Shown: positions 30,754-39,109 of the stretch, in pieces
Layout: each line of letters starts with the position of its first letter
How positions within the stretch are numbered: position 1 is the first letter of the stretch
Origin: Candidatus Bathyarchaeia archaeon
Lineage (GTDB): Archaea; Thermoproteota; Bathyarchaeia; Bathyarchaeales; Bathycorpusculaceae
Length of the DNA stretch: 64,000 bases
Direction: 5' to 3'
NCBI GenBank assembly: GCA_049512075.1
Contig: JBEKXL010000006.1
Coordinates: forward strand, 1-64,000
Made by a program: the position numbers and the translations under genes
The notes under the pieces: generated by a model
Seen by the model: only the letters and a program-made list of their open reading frames with translations
Database searches by the model: none
Told to the model about the DNA's origin: nothing

Positions 30754-30775
30754 ACATGAACCTCCTTTAACTCTT

Positions 30776-31609
30776 CTAGGAGGAAACTCCTAGCGAAACA
30801 GTCACATTCCCCCCGTAAATTTCAACAACCGAATTAGGCCCGAGGATGACTGTTTGACTCGTAGCCGCAAAGCTGAAAAAGCCCGACGTTAAACCCATCC
30901 CCACAGCGTTCGGAAAAACTACACGAATCGTAACGTTGTTTACGTTGCCGAATATTTCATGTGCAACGTCTATTCCAGTCAAGGTCACTGACTGCGACAG
31001 CTCTGGGGATGAACCCTGATTAAGAATCGGCAGATAGAACCGCGCGTAGCTGACACCGTTTATGAGTGCATTAAGCTGACGGACGATTGGCGCAACCACT
31101 ACTCTGATGTAGTTTCCATCCTGCATGGGTACTTTCTCGGTGACAAAGGCTCTGCATACGGGCGCGGAAGTGCCGTTTTGCAGAAAGCTGTTTGACGATG
31201 GGAATATCTCTTCAAAGTAGTTGTTCGCAATGGAATAATCGCTTGTCGGTATGTTGAAAAGAATTACGCCAACACTAAAGCTGGCTACAAGTGACCCGTC
31301 AAAGTAGAAACTGTAGGTCAGGGCTGGAGAGCGGAACGTAACTTGTCCGTATTTGCTTGCATATGTCAAGGTTTGAGTGCGTCCTGGAATCCAGGCCACA
31401 TCATCCACTTGGAGACCGAGAGTCTGCATGAACTGTTTCATGGAGTTGAAATCGTTTTGAGCGATTTGTCCGTTCAAATAGCTGTTCACAAAACTAATGG
31501 TCACAAGAAGCATTACTATGATGGCGCTTGTCAATATGGTCGTGGAAATCGCCGAACTGATAGCTCGTTTGTTCTTTCGCAACCGTCGAAGTGAGTTTCT
31601 CAAGGCCAT
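30776..31609 (-). CDS. Pilin-like protein with class III signal peptide
   Basis: RRLRKNKRA|ISSAISTTILTSAIIVMLL. Confidence 0.75.
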   Translation of the reverse strand: MALRNSLRRLRKNKRAISSAISTTILTSAIIVMLLVTISFVNSYLNGQIAQNDFNSMKQFMQTLGLQVDDVAWIPGRTQTLTYASKYGQVTFRSPALTYSFYFDGSLVASFSVGVILFNIPTSDYSIANNYFEEIFPSSNSFLQNGTSAPVCRAFVTEKVPMQDGNYIRVVVAPIVRQLNALINGVSYARFYLPILNQGSSPELSQSVTLTGIDVAHEIFGNVNNVTIRVVFPNAVGMGLTSGFFSFAATSQTVILGPNSVVEIYGGNVTVSLGVSS

Positions 31610-31629
31610 GTCCGGTCTCTCTCCTAAGC

Positions 31630-33306
31630 TCAGAGCTTGATGAACATGGGCAATAGTTCTGCTGCTACGATTGAAATTATCACTAGAACTGCCGCATGTT
31701 TGAACCCTGCTGATATGGATTCTTCGCTGATTTTTCCAGCCACGATTCCCACCATGTAGCTGTAGAAAATGGCTGACGTCATGAAAATCTGTCTAATCCA
31801 GTCCATGTTTGGTGGAGGCGCGGCACCAGCGACCCCTATAGTGCCAGTCGTGAAACCCAGCATCATCGATGTGGTCACAACGAGAAGCAGTGCTGCAAAG
31901 TAGGGCATCATTATGTAGGGTCGAGTTGAAGATTTCTTTTCTTTTTCAACCTCTTGGGTCAAATTGTTGAATCTGGCAAGCGACTCTATCATTTCAATCG
32001 TGCCCCCGCCGACATCCACCGTCTCAACGAGCAGGAACATGACGATCTGCGTCATCCAACTTCTCGTCCTGCTTATGAAATCCATCATCACTTTTTTCAG
32101 CGGTATTCCCCAAGATATTTCTGAACTGATTTTGCGCAGCTCCTTGCTGAACACGCCGTATTCGCGGTGTGAAAGGCTTTCAATGCACTTTTCGGGAGAG
32201 AGTCCTGTTTTTCTGACTTCCGTCAAGTCTCTCAGAAAACTGTTCACGCCCTGCTCTGTGCTTGTTTTCTTGCTTGAGAGTTTGCCGTGCACAACAGCTG
32301 CCGGTGCAGCTGATACGAACAATGCCAACGCAAGTGCTACGGGCATTTGGCTTAGTATGCCAAAACTGCCACCGAGAAAGAGGAAGAGGAACAATGCTAT
32401 TCCCGCTATAGTACACACCGCAAACACTTTGTACGGGCGCATTTCAACAACCGGTGTCTTGGGCTGCATGCTATGCGCCAGGTAAACAAACATTATTGAC
32501 AGCATTGGACTTAGGACGAATGTGTAGAGAATGATGGTTGAAACGTCGCCGCCAGATCCGCCGCCGACGCCAATGTTTTGTACGCTGAACATTATGTAGA
32601 AGCAGAGGGACATCATGACGTTGACTATTATGAAAGTTTCCAGAAGCATTCCGAGCCGCTCAGCTGCAGCTCTTACGCGCAGTGCTCTGGCCTTGAAAAT
32701 GTCTTCTGCCTTCCTTTCCAAGAAGTGTCCGATGTCTCCGCCGATGATTACGGTTGATGAGTACCCTGCGAGAAAGTCTTTGAAGATGTCTAACGGGTTT
32801 TTCTTTGCCGCGTTCTGAATCGCGGTTAACGGGTCTATTCCAAATATCTCCACGTCTTTTAATATTTCTCTTGCTTCCACCTTCATCGCTGGCATGAGTT
32901 CGACCTGTGCGAGTCGTTTAAAACTGGTGTATGGCGCTATGCCTCCTGAAGCCATGACGCTGATGTAAGCTGTGGCAAACGGCATTTCTCTTTCCAGATT
33001 GCTTGCCCTCTCGCCGGATCTGGACATGGGAACAACTAGGAATCCTATCATCACATAGAACGGAGCGGGTATCAAGAAAATAACTGGCATGAAACCGTAG
33101 AGAAGCACGATCACCACCGAGATTATCGACAATGGAAGTGTCATCGCAGCCGCTAAGAACATTAGTGAGACGTAGGTTTCTGGGTAAATCTTGATTTTTG
33201 CGCGTTCCAGGTAATCCTTGAATTCGAAGACATTTTTCAGAAAGGAGGGTGCGATGGGTCCGAAGAGACGGAATGACCATGCCTCAAGGGTTTTTAGAAG
33301 TGGCAA
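31630..33306 (-). CDS. Type IV pilus membrane platform protein (fused TadB/TadC, ArlJ-like)
   Basis: Two T2SSF-like halves (LEREMPFA...MASGG; FLRDLTE...GLS...VDVGGG), multiple TM helices. Confidence 0.9.
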   Translation of the reverse strand: MPLLKTLEAWSFRLFGPIAPSFLKNVFEFKDYLERAKIKIYPETYVSLMFLAAAMTLPLSIISVVIVLLYGFMPVIFLIPAPFYVMIGFLVVPMSRSGERASNLEREMPFATAYISVMASGGIAPYTSFKRLAQVELMPAMKVEAREILKDVEIFGIDPLTAIQNAAKKNPLDIFKDFLAGYSSTVIIGGDIGHFLERKAEDIFKARALRVRAAAERLGMLLETFIIVNVMMSLCFYIMFSVQNIGVGGGSGGDVSTIILYTFVLSPMLSIMFVYLAHSMQPKTPVVEMRPYKVFAVCTIAGIALFLFLFLGGSFGILSQMPVALALALFVSAAPAAVVHGKLSSKKTSTEQGVNSFLRDLTEVRKTGLSPEKCIESLSHREYGVFSKELRKISSEISWGIPLKKVMMDFISRTRSWMTQIVMFLLVETVDVGGGTIEMIESLARFNNLTQEVEKEKKSSTRPYIMMPYFAALLLVVTTSMMLGFTTGTIGVAGAAPPPNMDWIRQIFMTSAIFYSYMVGIVAGKISEESISAGFKHAAVLVIISIVAAELLPMFIKL

Positions 33307-34930
33307 TCACTTTTACCTCCTCCCCGGCTAGGACTTTTTCGTAAAATTGCTTCGGTCTTGCATAATACTCTGCAATTATCGCGGCTACGTCTTTGTAGCT
33401 TCTGATCTTGCGTTCTATCATCCAGTGCAAGACGTTCTTGCGCCTTTCAATCTCATCGAGCAGCTCTTTTCTGCTCCAACCTATTCGTTCAGAAATGCCC
33501 GACAGCATGACACTCTTGTCAAAAGATGATGTGTGTTCATCCGCAGGCGGTTGCCATTTGAAGATTGCTCTGTAGTCCTGATAATCCGCGATTTCATTAA
33601 CGTTGAGCACGCGTCTGAAGGCTTTTCTTTCATTGTTTTTCACAAGGTGAACTCTCTGAATTGACAGTATTATGTTCATCAGCGGAAGATAGGCTGGCGA
33701 GATGTCCATGGGTTTCTGCGTCAGACGTTTGAGTGCTGAGTCTAGGTTTTCAGCGTGCATTGTGCACATTCCACCGTGGCCCGTGGCCAGCGCCTGGAAC
33801 AGCACGTAAGCTTCTTGGCCTCGGACCTCGCCTACGATTAGTATGTCTGGGCGATGTCTCATCGAAGTTTTTACAAGGTCGAAGAGTGCAACTTCACCTA
33901 TGCTGTTTCCGCCTAAACCGTAGCTTTGTCTGGCAATCAGTGAAATCCAGTTTTCATGAGACAGGTTCAGTTCTGCCGTTTCTTCGATGGTGATTATCTT
34001 GCTTCCGGGCTTAATCAGACAGGCTAGGGCGTTTAGGGCTGTGGTTTTTCCAGCGGCCGTTCCACCCAGAACCATGATTGACGATCTGTTTTCAAGGCAC
34101 AGCCAGAAATAGGCGGCCATTTCCTCTGAGAAAGTGCCTATGTTGATCAGGTCTATTATCGAGTACGGATCTTCTCTGAATTTTCTGATGGTGAAGGCGG
34201 TTCCGAAGGGTGTGACCTCACGTCTGTAACAGACTGCCAGTCTGTGCTTTCCTGGTAATGAGGCGTCCACTATTGGAAAGGCTGAGCTCACGTGCTTTCC
34301 AGCCATGTGAACAAGCTTGACAACCATGTTGTCGAGTTCTTCGTCGTTTTCGAACTGGATGTTCGTTTCGATGCTCTCGTAGTTTCTGTGCCAAATGTAA
34401 ACCGACCTCTGAACTCCATCACATGAGATGTCTTCAATGTTCGGGTCTCGCATTAGCGGATCAATTGAACTGAAACCTACGAGGTCTCTCTCAGCGTGGT
34501 AGAGAATCTTGTACCACGAAACGTCCGGCAGCCAACCTAAGCTTATCCGGTATTTGCCGACAATTTTCTTGGCTTCATCAGCGAAAAACCTTCTCGGATC
34601 AGCAATCTCTTCTTTCGGCGATTCTATCTCGGCGAGTAATATATCCAAGATTCGCTGGTAAACGCTTCTCTCAAGCGGATCAAGCTGAAGCTCGTCCAGA
34701 ATGTACTTGAACTCTCCAGTTTTAGGGTTCTGTGCAATGGCCACGTGTGCGAAGGGCTCGTAGAGCGGATACTTCTCAGCTATCTTGAACCCTCTGGGCA
34801 CAGCCTTCGGAGTGGCCAGTGCGGGCGCGGGCTGTTCATGTTTCTTGAAGTTCAGCTTAATCTGCACTTTCTTGAGTTTCGCTAATGTCCCTTTGAGGCG
34901 TACTTGTGTCATTGTTCTTCTCCTGTACAT
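33284..34930 (-). CDS. Type IV pilus assembly ATPase (ArlI/TadA-like)
   Basis: Walker A GGTAAGKTT, TIEETAEL, RHRPDILIVGEVRG, ATGH, TMHA. Confidence 0.95.
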   Translation of the reverse strand: MYRRRTMTQVRLKGTLAKLKKVQIKLNFKKHEQPAPALATPKAVPRGFKIAEKYPLYEPFAHVAIAQNPKTGEFKYILDELQLDPLERSVYQRILDILLAEIESPKEEIADPRRFFADEAKKIVGKYRISLGWLPDVSWYKILYHAERDLVGFSSIDPLMRDPNIEDISCDGVQRSVYIWHRNYESIETNIQFENDEELDNMVVKLVHMAGKHVSSAFPIVDASLPGKHRLAVCYRREVTPFGTAFTIRKFREDPYSIIDLINIGTFSEEMAAYFWLCLENRSSIMVLGGTAAGKTTALNALACLIKPGSKIITIEETAELNLSHENWISLIARQSYGLGGNSIGEVALFDLVKTSMRHRPDILIVGEVRGQEAYVLFQALATGHGGMCTMHAENLDSALKRLTQKPMDISPAYLPLMNIILSIQRVHLVKNNERKAFRRVLNVNEIADYQDYRAIFKWQPPADEHTSSFDKSVMLSGISERIGWSRKELLDEIERRKNVLHWMIERKIRSYKDVAAIIAEYYARPKQFYEKVLAGEEVKVIATSKNP

Positions 34931-34978
34931 GTATTTAATGGCGGGAAGAGTCTATTAAATATTGCGTCTCACGAGACC

Positions 34979-37951
34979 TTACTCGGCCCCGCTCTCTTGT
35001 CCGGTGGAAACGACAATCACTTTTGACTTGATCAGAACGACAACTATGACAGCAATGATAACAGGGATGATTATCAGGAGCATGGTCAGCACCGGCAAGC
35101 CTCCCTCATTGTGAGTGACCGTTACTGGAATCACGTCTATCGTTGTTTGGCTCCCGTTTCCGATGTATCCGTTCTTGGTGACGTTAGCGACTATGACGAC
35201 AGGCAGCTGCGCGTTCGTCGATGGAGCATTAAACACGAATGAACACGTTCCGTTTGCATTCGTGAGACTGGTCGTGCTGGAAAAGTTTCCAAAATTGGTT
35301 GAAATGATGACTTGGGCGCCTGCAACGGGTCTCGAGTCGGCTGTAGCGCTTACAGTCAGAACAACGCTGCTGTCCGGCATAGTTGCGTATGTGCTGGCGG
35401 TGACTTGAGCGCTAATGTTTCCAGGGTTGACCGTTAGCGTTAGGGAGTCCTTTCCGTCGGCGTATCCTGTTTTTGAGCATTCAGCCGTGAGGGTGATGCT
35501 TGTGGGCTCATTGACTTGGGGTGCCGTGAAAAAGAAGGTGGCGAATCCGTGAGCGTCGGTTGTTCCTGTAGGCTGCGAAAAGTTTCCTCCGTTCCCGGAT
35601 GCTACAGTGATGTTGACGTCTTGAACTGGAGCAACGTTGTAGGTTACGTGGACAGTTATAGATGCGTTCGCTTCTGAAATCGTCGTGTAGTTTTGAGTTG
35701 TCAAATACACGGTCAGCACTTTTGATATTACGCTTACGATCGTTTGGCCTGCCCCGTCTATGTAGTGGCTCTTTGTTGCTGTCGCTGTTATTGTAGCGTT
35801 AAGGGGTGACGTTGTTTGGGGCGCTGTGAAAAGAAAGTTGGCGAGACCATTTGGATCGGTAATTCCGGTGATTGAAGTGAAATTGCCCACGTTGCCCGAT
35901 GATACAGTAACGTTTGCGTTTGGTATTGGACTCGTGTCACATGTTACGAGGGCGGTTACGCTTGTGTTTCCTTCAGAAATGATTGTAGCGAGGTTAGGAG
36001 TTAATTCCACAGCGAGCACGTTTGGAAACACTGTGATTGTTTCTTGGTCGTATCCGTCCGTGAACCCTTGCTCCTGGGCTGCTGCCGTGAACGTGAAATT
36101 AGCTGGGCTAAGCGTGTAGGGAGCCGTGAAATTGAATGCTACGGTGCCGTCTGCGGTGGTTATTCCTGTATTTGTTAAGAATGTTCCGTTGTCTGCTCCT
36201 GCTGTGAGCGAGGCGTTAGCGATAGGTTGACCAAAGCCGCCACTAACGTAGAAAGTTACAGCTACCGTCTCCTCAGATTTGACTGTTGCTGGTTCGGTGG
36301 TCAGGTGAATGTGCAACAGAGGAAGAACCTTCAAGTATGTCTGGCCGGAGCCGTCCGCGTATCCGGTCTCAGAAGCCATCGCAATTAGTCTCACATAAGT
36401 AGTGTCTGTGACGTTCGGTGCTGTGAATGTTGTTTCAAATTGGCCTGTTGAGTTTGTCACCCCTGATGTCGGCGAGAAACTTCCACCTCTCAATGAGAGA
36501 AGCGTGACGGCTGCATTCGCTACTGTTGCTCCAGATTGATCTGACACGTAAACTGTGACTATTATGTTCGCGTTGTAATCGGCGACTGAACTGCTCAGCG
36601 CCATTGAAACGTTTAAGGGTGTCAGATCCTGGACCGCTATGGTTGTTGTCGTGGGGTTTTGGCTCATGCTGCTGAAGTCGTCCATGACCGTAAGAGTTGC
36701 ATTATAGGCTCCAACGCCGGTGTAGGTGTGGTTGAAGAGGGATAATGTTGTCCATCCACTGTTGGCTCCGTCTCCGAAGTCGTAGAAGTATTGGTCGACG
36801 CGTCCATTGTCGTATGAGTTTGTACCGATGAACGTAACGTTCTCGTTCTGTGCAACAAGGGTTTTGTCAGTTTGAAGGACGGCTGTGGGCAGCGTGTTGT
36901 TGTAGTCGAAGGGCTCTGACAAAAAGAATATGAAGTCAAGGCCTACTCCGTCGCCGCCCACCATGTTTCCTTTTCCGTATGGATTCAGCGAGCTGTGGAA
37001 CGGGCCGCTTTCGTCACCCCAGTAATTGTAGGTTGCATTTACGCTGGCTGTGGGCGAAACGTCCATGCCCATGGTGTTGTTGTAGATGTCGTTGAAGTGG
37101 GCTTCGTGGCCGTTTCCGGCTTCGTAGAAGATTCCCTCTGTGTTGTTTGAAATGTAGTTACGGGTGATGATCGTGCTCGTGTTGGTTGTCACGTGAAATC
37201 CATAGTTGTTTAATGAAACGTTGTTTTGAATGATGGCCATATTATCGTATGCGTCAGCCTCAAGCAGTATCCCGCTTTGGCCGTTTAGTAAGATGTTGTT
37301 TTGTGCTATGTTTACGTTTCCTGTCAAATCTCCTGTTAGATCAATGCCGTTTCCATTTGAACTTACGACATTGTTTTGTGCGGTAACTTGAGTGTCTCCG
37401 GCTATGTTGATGCCGTCTTTGGTGTTGTTGATTATCTGGTCGTTTTCAATGATTATGCTGCCGCCGTTCAATACGGTGCCGTTCAAATTGTATCTAACAA
37501 GGTCGTTTTGAAGGTTTAGGGAGCCGCCTTCTAGCGTTACGCCGGTTTGCCCGTATTCAACTATGCAGTTTGTGATCGAGGACTGTTGGGTGCTGCTAAT
37601 CTGGATTGTTCCCCAGTCTCCTGTGCTGGCATTCACATCGTTAGATGTAAACAATATCGTTCTGTCCTCCGTGCCATCTGCAATGATTCTCCCGTCTACC
37701 GTAATCCAGAAGTTTCCTCCGAACCTTACCTGAACGCCAGGCTCTATCGTTAACTTCGCGGCTGGGTTGACCGTGATATTATCAGAAACTATGAATGGGC
37801 TGTCAACCAGAGTCCAATCTGTATCTTGTGTTATGGTTCCTTTAACGTATGTTGCCCTGGCTGTGGGCACAAGTCTGTAAGCGCTGGTGAATACGCTGAA
37901 AACAAGAAACGTGGCAAGCAGAACAAACAACGGATGATACTTTCTTTTCAT
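34979..37951 (-). CDS. Membrane-anchored surface protein: beta-helix, PKD domain, five Ig-like repeats
   Basis: Signal peptide, NosD-like N/I-rich repeats, NATYNYWG, YDFGDG PKD motif, five repeats, C-terminal TM helix. Confidence 0.82.
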   Translation of the reverse strand: MKRKYHPLFVLLATFLVFSVFTSAYRLVPTARATYVKGTITQDTDWTLVDSPFIVSDNITVNPAAKLTIEPGVQVRFGGNFWITVDGRIIADGTEDRTILFTSNDVNASTGDWGTIQISSTQQSSITNCIVEYGQTGVTLEGGSLNLQNDLVRYNLNGTVLNGGSIIIENDQIINNTKDGINIAGDTQVTAQNNVVSSNGNGIDLTGDLTGNVNIAQNNILLNGQSGILLEADAYDNMAIIQNNVSLNNYGFHVTTNTSTIITRNYISNNTEGIFYEAGNGHEAHFNDIYNNTMGMDVSPTASVNATYNYWGDESGPFHSSLNPYGKGNMVGGDGVGLDFIFFLSEPFDYNNTLPTAVLQTDKTLVAQNENVTFIGTNSYDNGRVDQYFYDFGDGANSGWTTLSLFNHTYTGVGAYNATLTVMDDFSSMSQNPTTTTIAVQDLTPLNVSMALSSSVADYNANIIVTVYVSDQSGATVANAAVTLLSLRGGSFSPTSGVTNSTGQFETTFTAPNVTDTTYVRLIAMASETGYADGSGQTYLKVLPLLHIHLTTEPATVKSEETVAVTFYVSGGFGQPIANASLTAGADNGTFLTNTGITTADGTVAFNFTAPYTLSPANFTFTAAAQEQGFTDGYDQETITVFPNVLAVELTPNLATIISEGNTSVTALVTCDTSPIPNANVTVSSGNVGNFTSITGITDPNGLANFLFTAPQTTSPLNATITATATKSHYIDGAGQTIVSVISKVLTVYLTTQNYTTISEANASITVHVTYNVAPVQDVNITVASGNGGNFSQPTGTTDAHGFATFFFTAPQVNEPTSITLTAECSKTGYADGKDSLTLTVNPGNISAQVTASTYATMPDSSVVLTVSATADSRPVAGAQVIISTNFGNFSSTTSLTNANGTCSFVFNAPSTNAQLPVVIVANVTKNGYIGNGSQTTIDVIPVTVTHNEGGLPVLTMLLIIIPVIIAVIVVVLIKSKVIVVSTGQESGAE
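35125..36620 (-). repeat. Five tandem ~97-aa Big_1/invasin-like repeats (approximate bounds)
   Basis: Recurring P-V/I-x-N-A-x-V...G-x-F...G-x-T...G...F-T-A-P...G-Y-x-D-G pattern in the translation. Confidence 0.8.
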
Positions 37952-38125
37952 AAACATGCATCCATTTTGCATTCTGGTTTGCTTTATCCCTCTGGCTGGG
38001 CTCAGCTTAAGCATTATGAATTCGCAATCAAACTTGGAAATCTTGAGCGCCGCGCAATGTTAGAATGAGCAAAGAGATTTAACAGAGTGTAAGGGCATTG
38101 TAGAATTCGGTGAGGAGGAAATCCG

Positions 38126-38899
38126 GTGAAAAGTTTCGCGGCGTTTGCTCTTGAAGGCTTCCCTTTGATAGGCTCAGGTGATGACTTGGCTAAAATCATT
38201 GTTGAAACGGCAAGGGAGAATGGTTTGGAGTTTGAAGATGGGGATGTGATAGTGGCTGCACAGAAGATTTTTTCCAAGGCTGAAGGGAGGGTGGTAAAGC
38301 TGAGAGATGTTGTGGCTTCGAGAAGGGCTCAAAGACTGGCGAAGACGGTTAGGAAAGATCCGAGGTTCGTAGAACTGGTCCTGAGGGAAACGAAGAAGGT
38401 GCTGAAGGCTTCTGGTGAAATACTGCTCGTCGAAGACGTTCGCGGCTTGGTGTGCATAAACGCCGGAATCGACAAGTCAAACGTGCAGGGAAGAGGCGAG
38501 TTCGCACTCTTGCCCGAGAATCCTGACAGGTCGGCAGAAGAGTGCCGCAAGAGAATCCACCAGCTAACCGGAAGAGATGTTTCTGTGGTAGTTTGTGACA
38601 CTTACAGTCGCCCTTTCAGGCGGGGACAAGTAAATTTCGCCATAGGCATCGCAGGGATCAACCCGTTCAGAGACTATAGGGGGACAAAAGATCTTTTCGG
38701 ACAAGTTCTCAAGGTTAAAAACGTTGCAGTGGTTGATGAGATTGCGGCAGCGGCCGAACTCGTCATGGGCCAGGCAAAAGAGGGAAGGCCAGTTGTCATC
38801 TTCAAGGGACTAGACAGGTCTGTAGTCTCACATGAAAAATGCAACATCGAAGAAGTGTCTATTTCGAGAAAGGAAGATCTTTTCCGAAACGTACTGTGA
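38126..38899 (+). CDS. cofE: Coenzyme F420-0:L-glutamate ligase
   Basis: GDDLA, KIFSKAEGR, NAGIDKSN, DTYSRPFRRG, DEIAAAAELVMG. Confidence 0.93.
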   Translation: MKSFAAFALEGFPLIGSGDDLAKIIVETARENGLEFEDGDVIVAAQKIFSKAEGRVVKLRDVVASRRAQRLAKTVRKDPRFVELVLRETKKVLKASGEILLVEDVRGLVCINAGIDKSNVQGRGEFALLPENPDRSAEECRKRIHQLTGRDVSVVVCDTYSRPFRRGQVNFAIGIAGINPFRDYRGTKDLFGQVLKVKNVAVVDEIAAAAELVMGQAKEGRPVVIFKGLDRSVVSHEKCNIEEVSISRKEDLFRNVL

Positions 38900-39109
38900 C
38901 CGCGACGGTGGGAAGCTTGTCTTCACAACGCTGTCCCAGCTGCGTTTCGAATGCGTTTCGATTTTTTGTTTTTCTTCAGGCTTCTGAACAAGCAAGGTCA
39001 GAGCCGTGCAAGCGCATGCGGCGTATTCTCTTTTCCTCGGGGGAAAGACTTTTAAACGGATTAGCTAAGACTATAGAAGGACGAAATTAAATATGAGAGG
39101 AATGAAAAA

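Noticed and set aside
23019-34930. Archaellum operon
   Set aside because: No arlF/G/H or chemotaxis genes; the subunits look like pilins rather than archaellins
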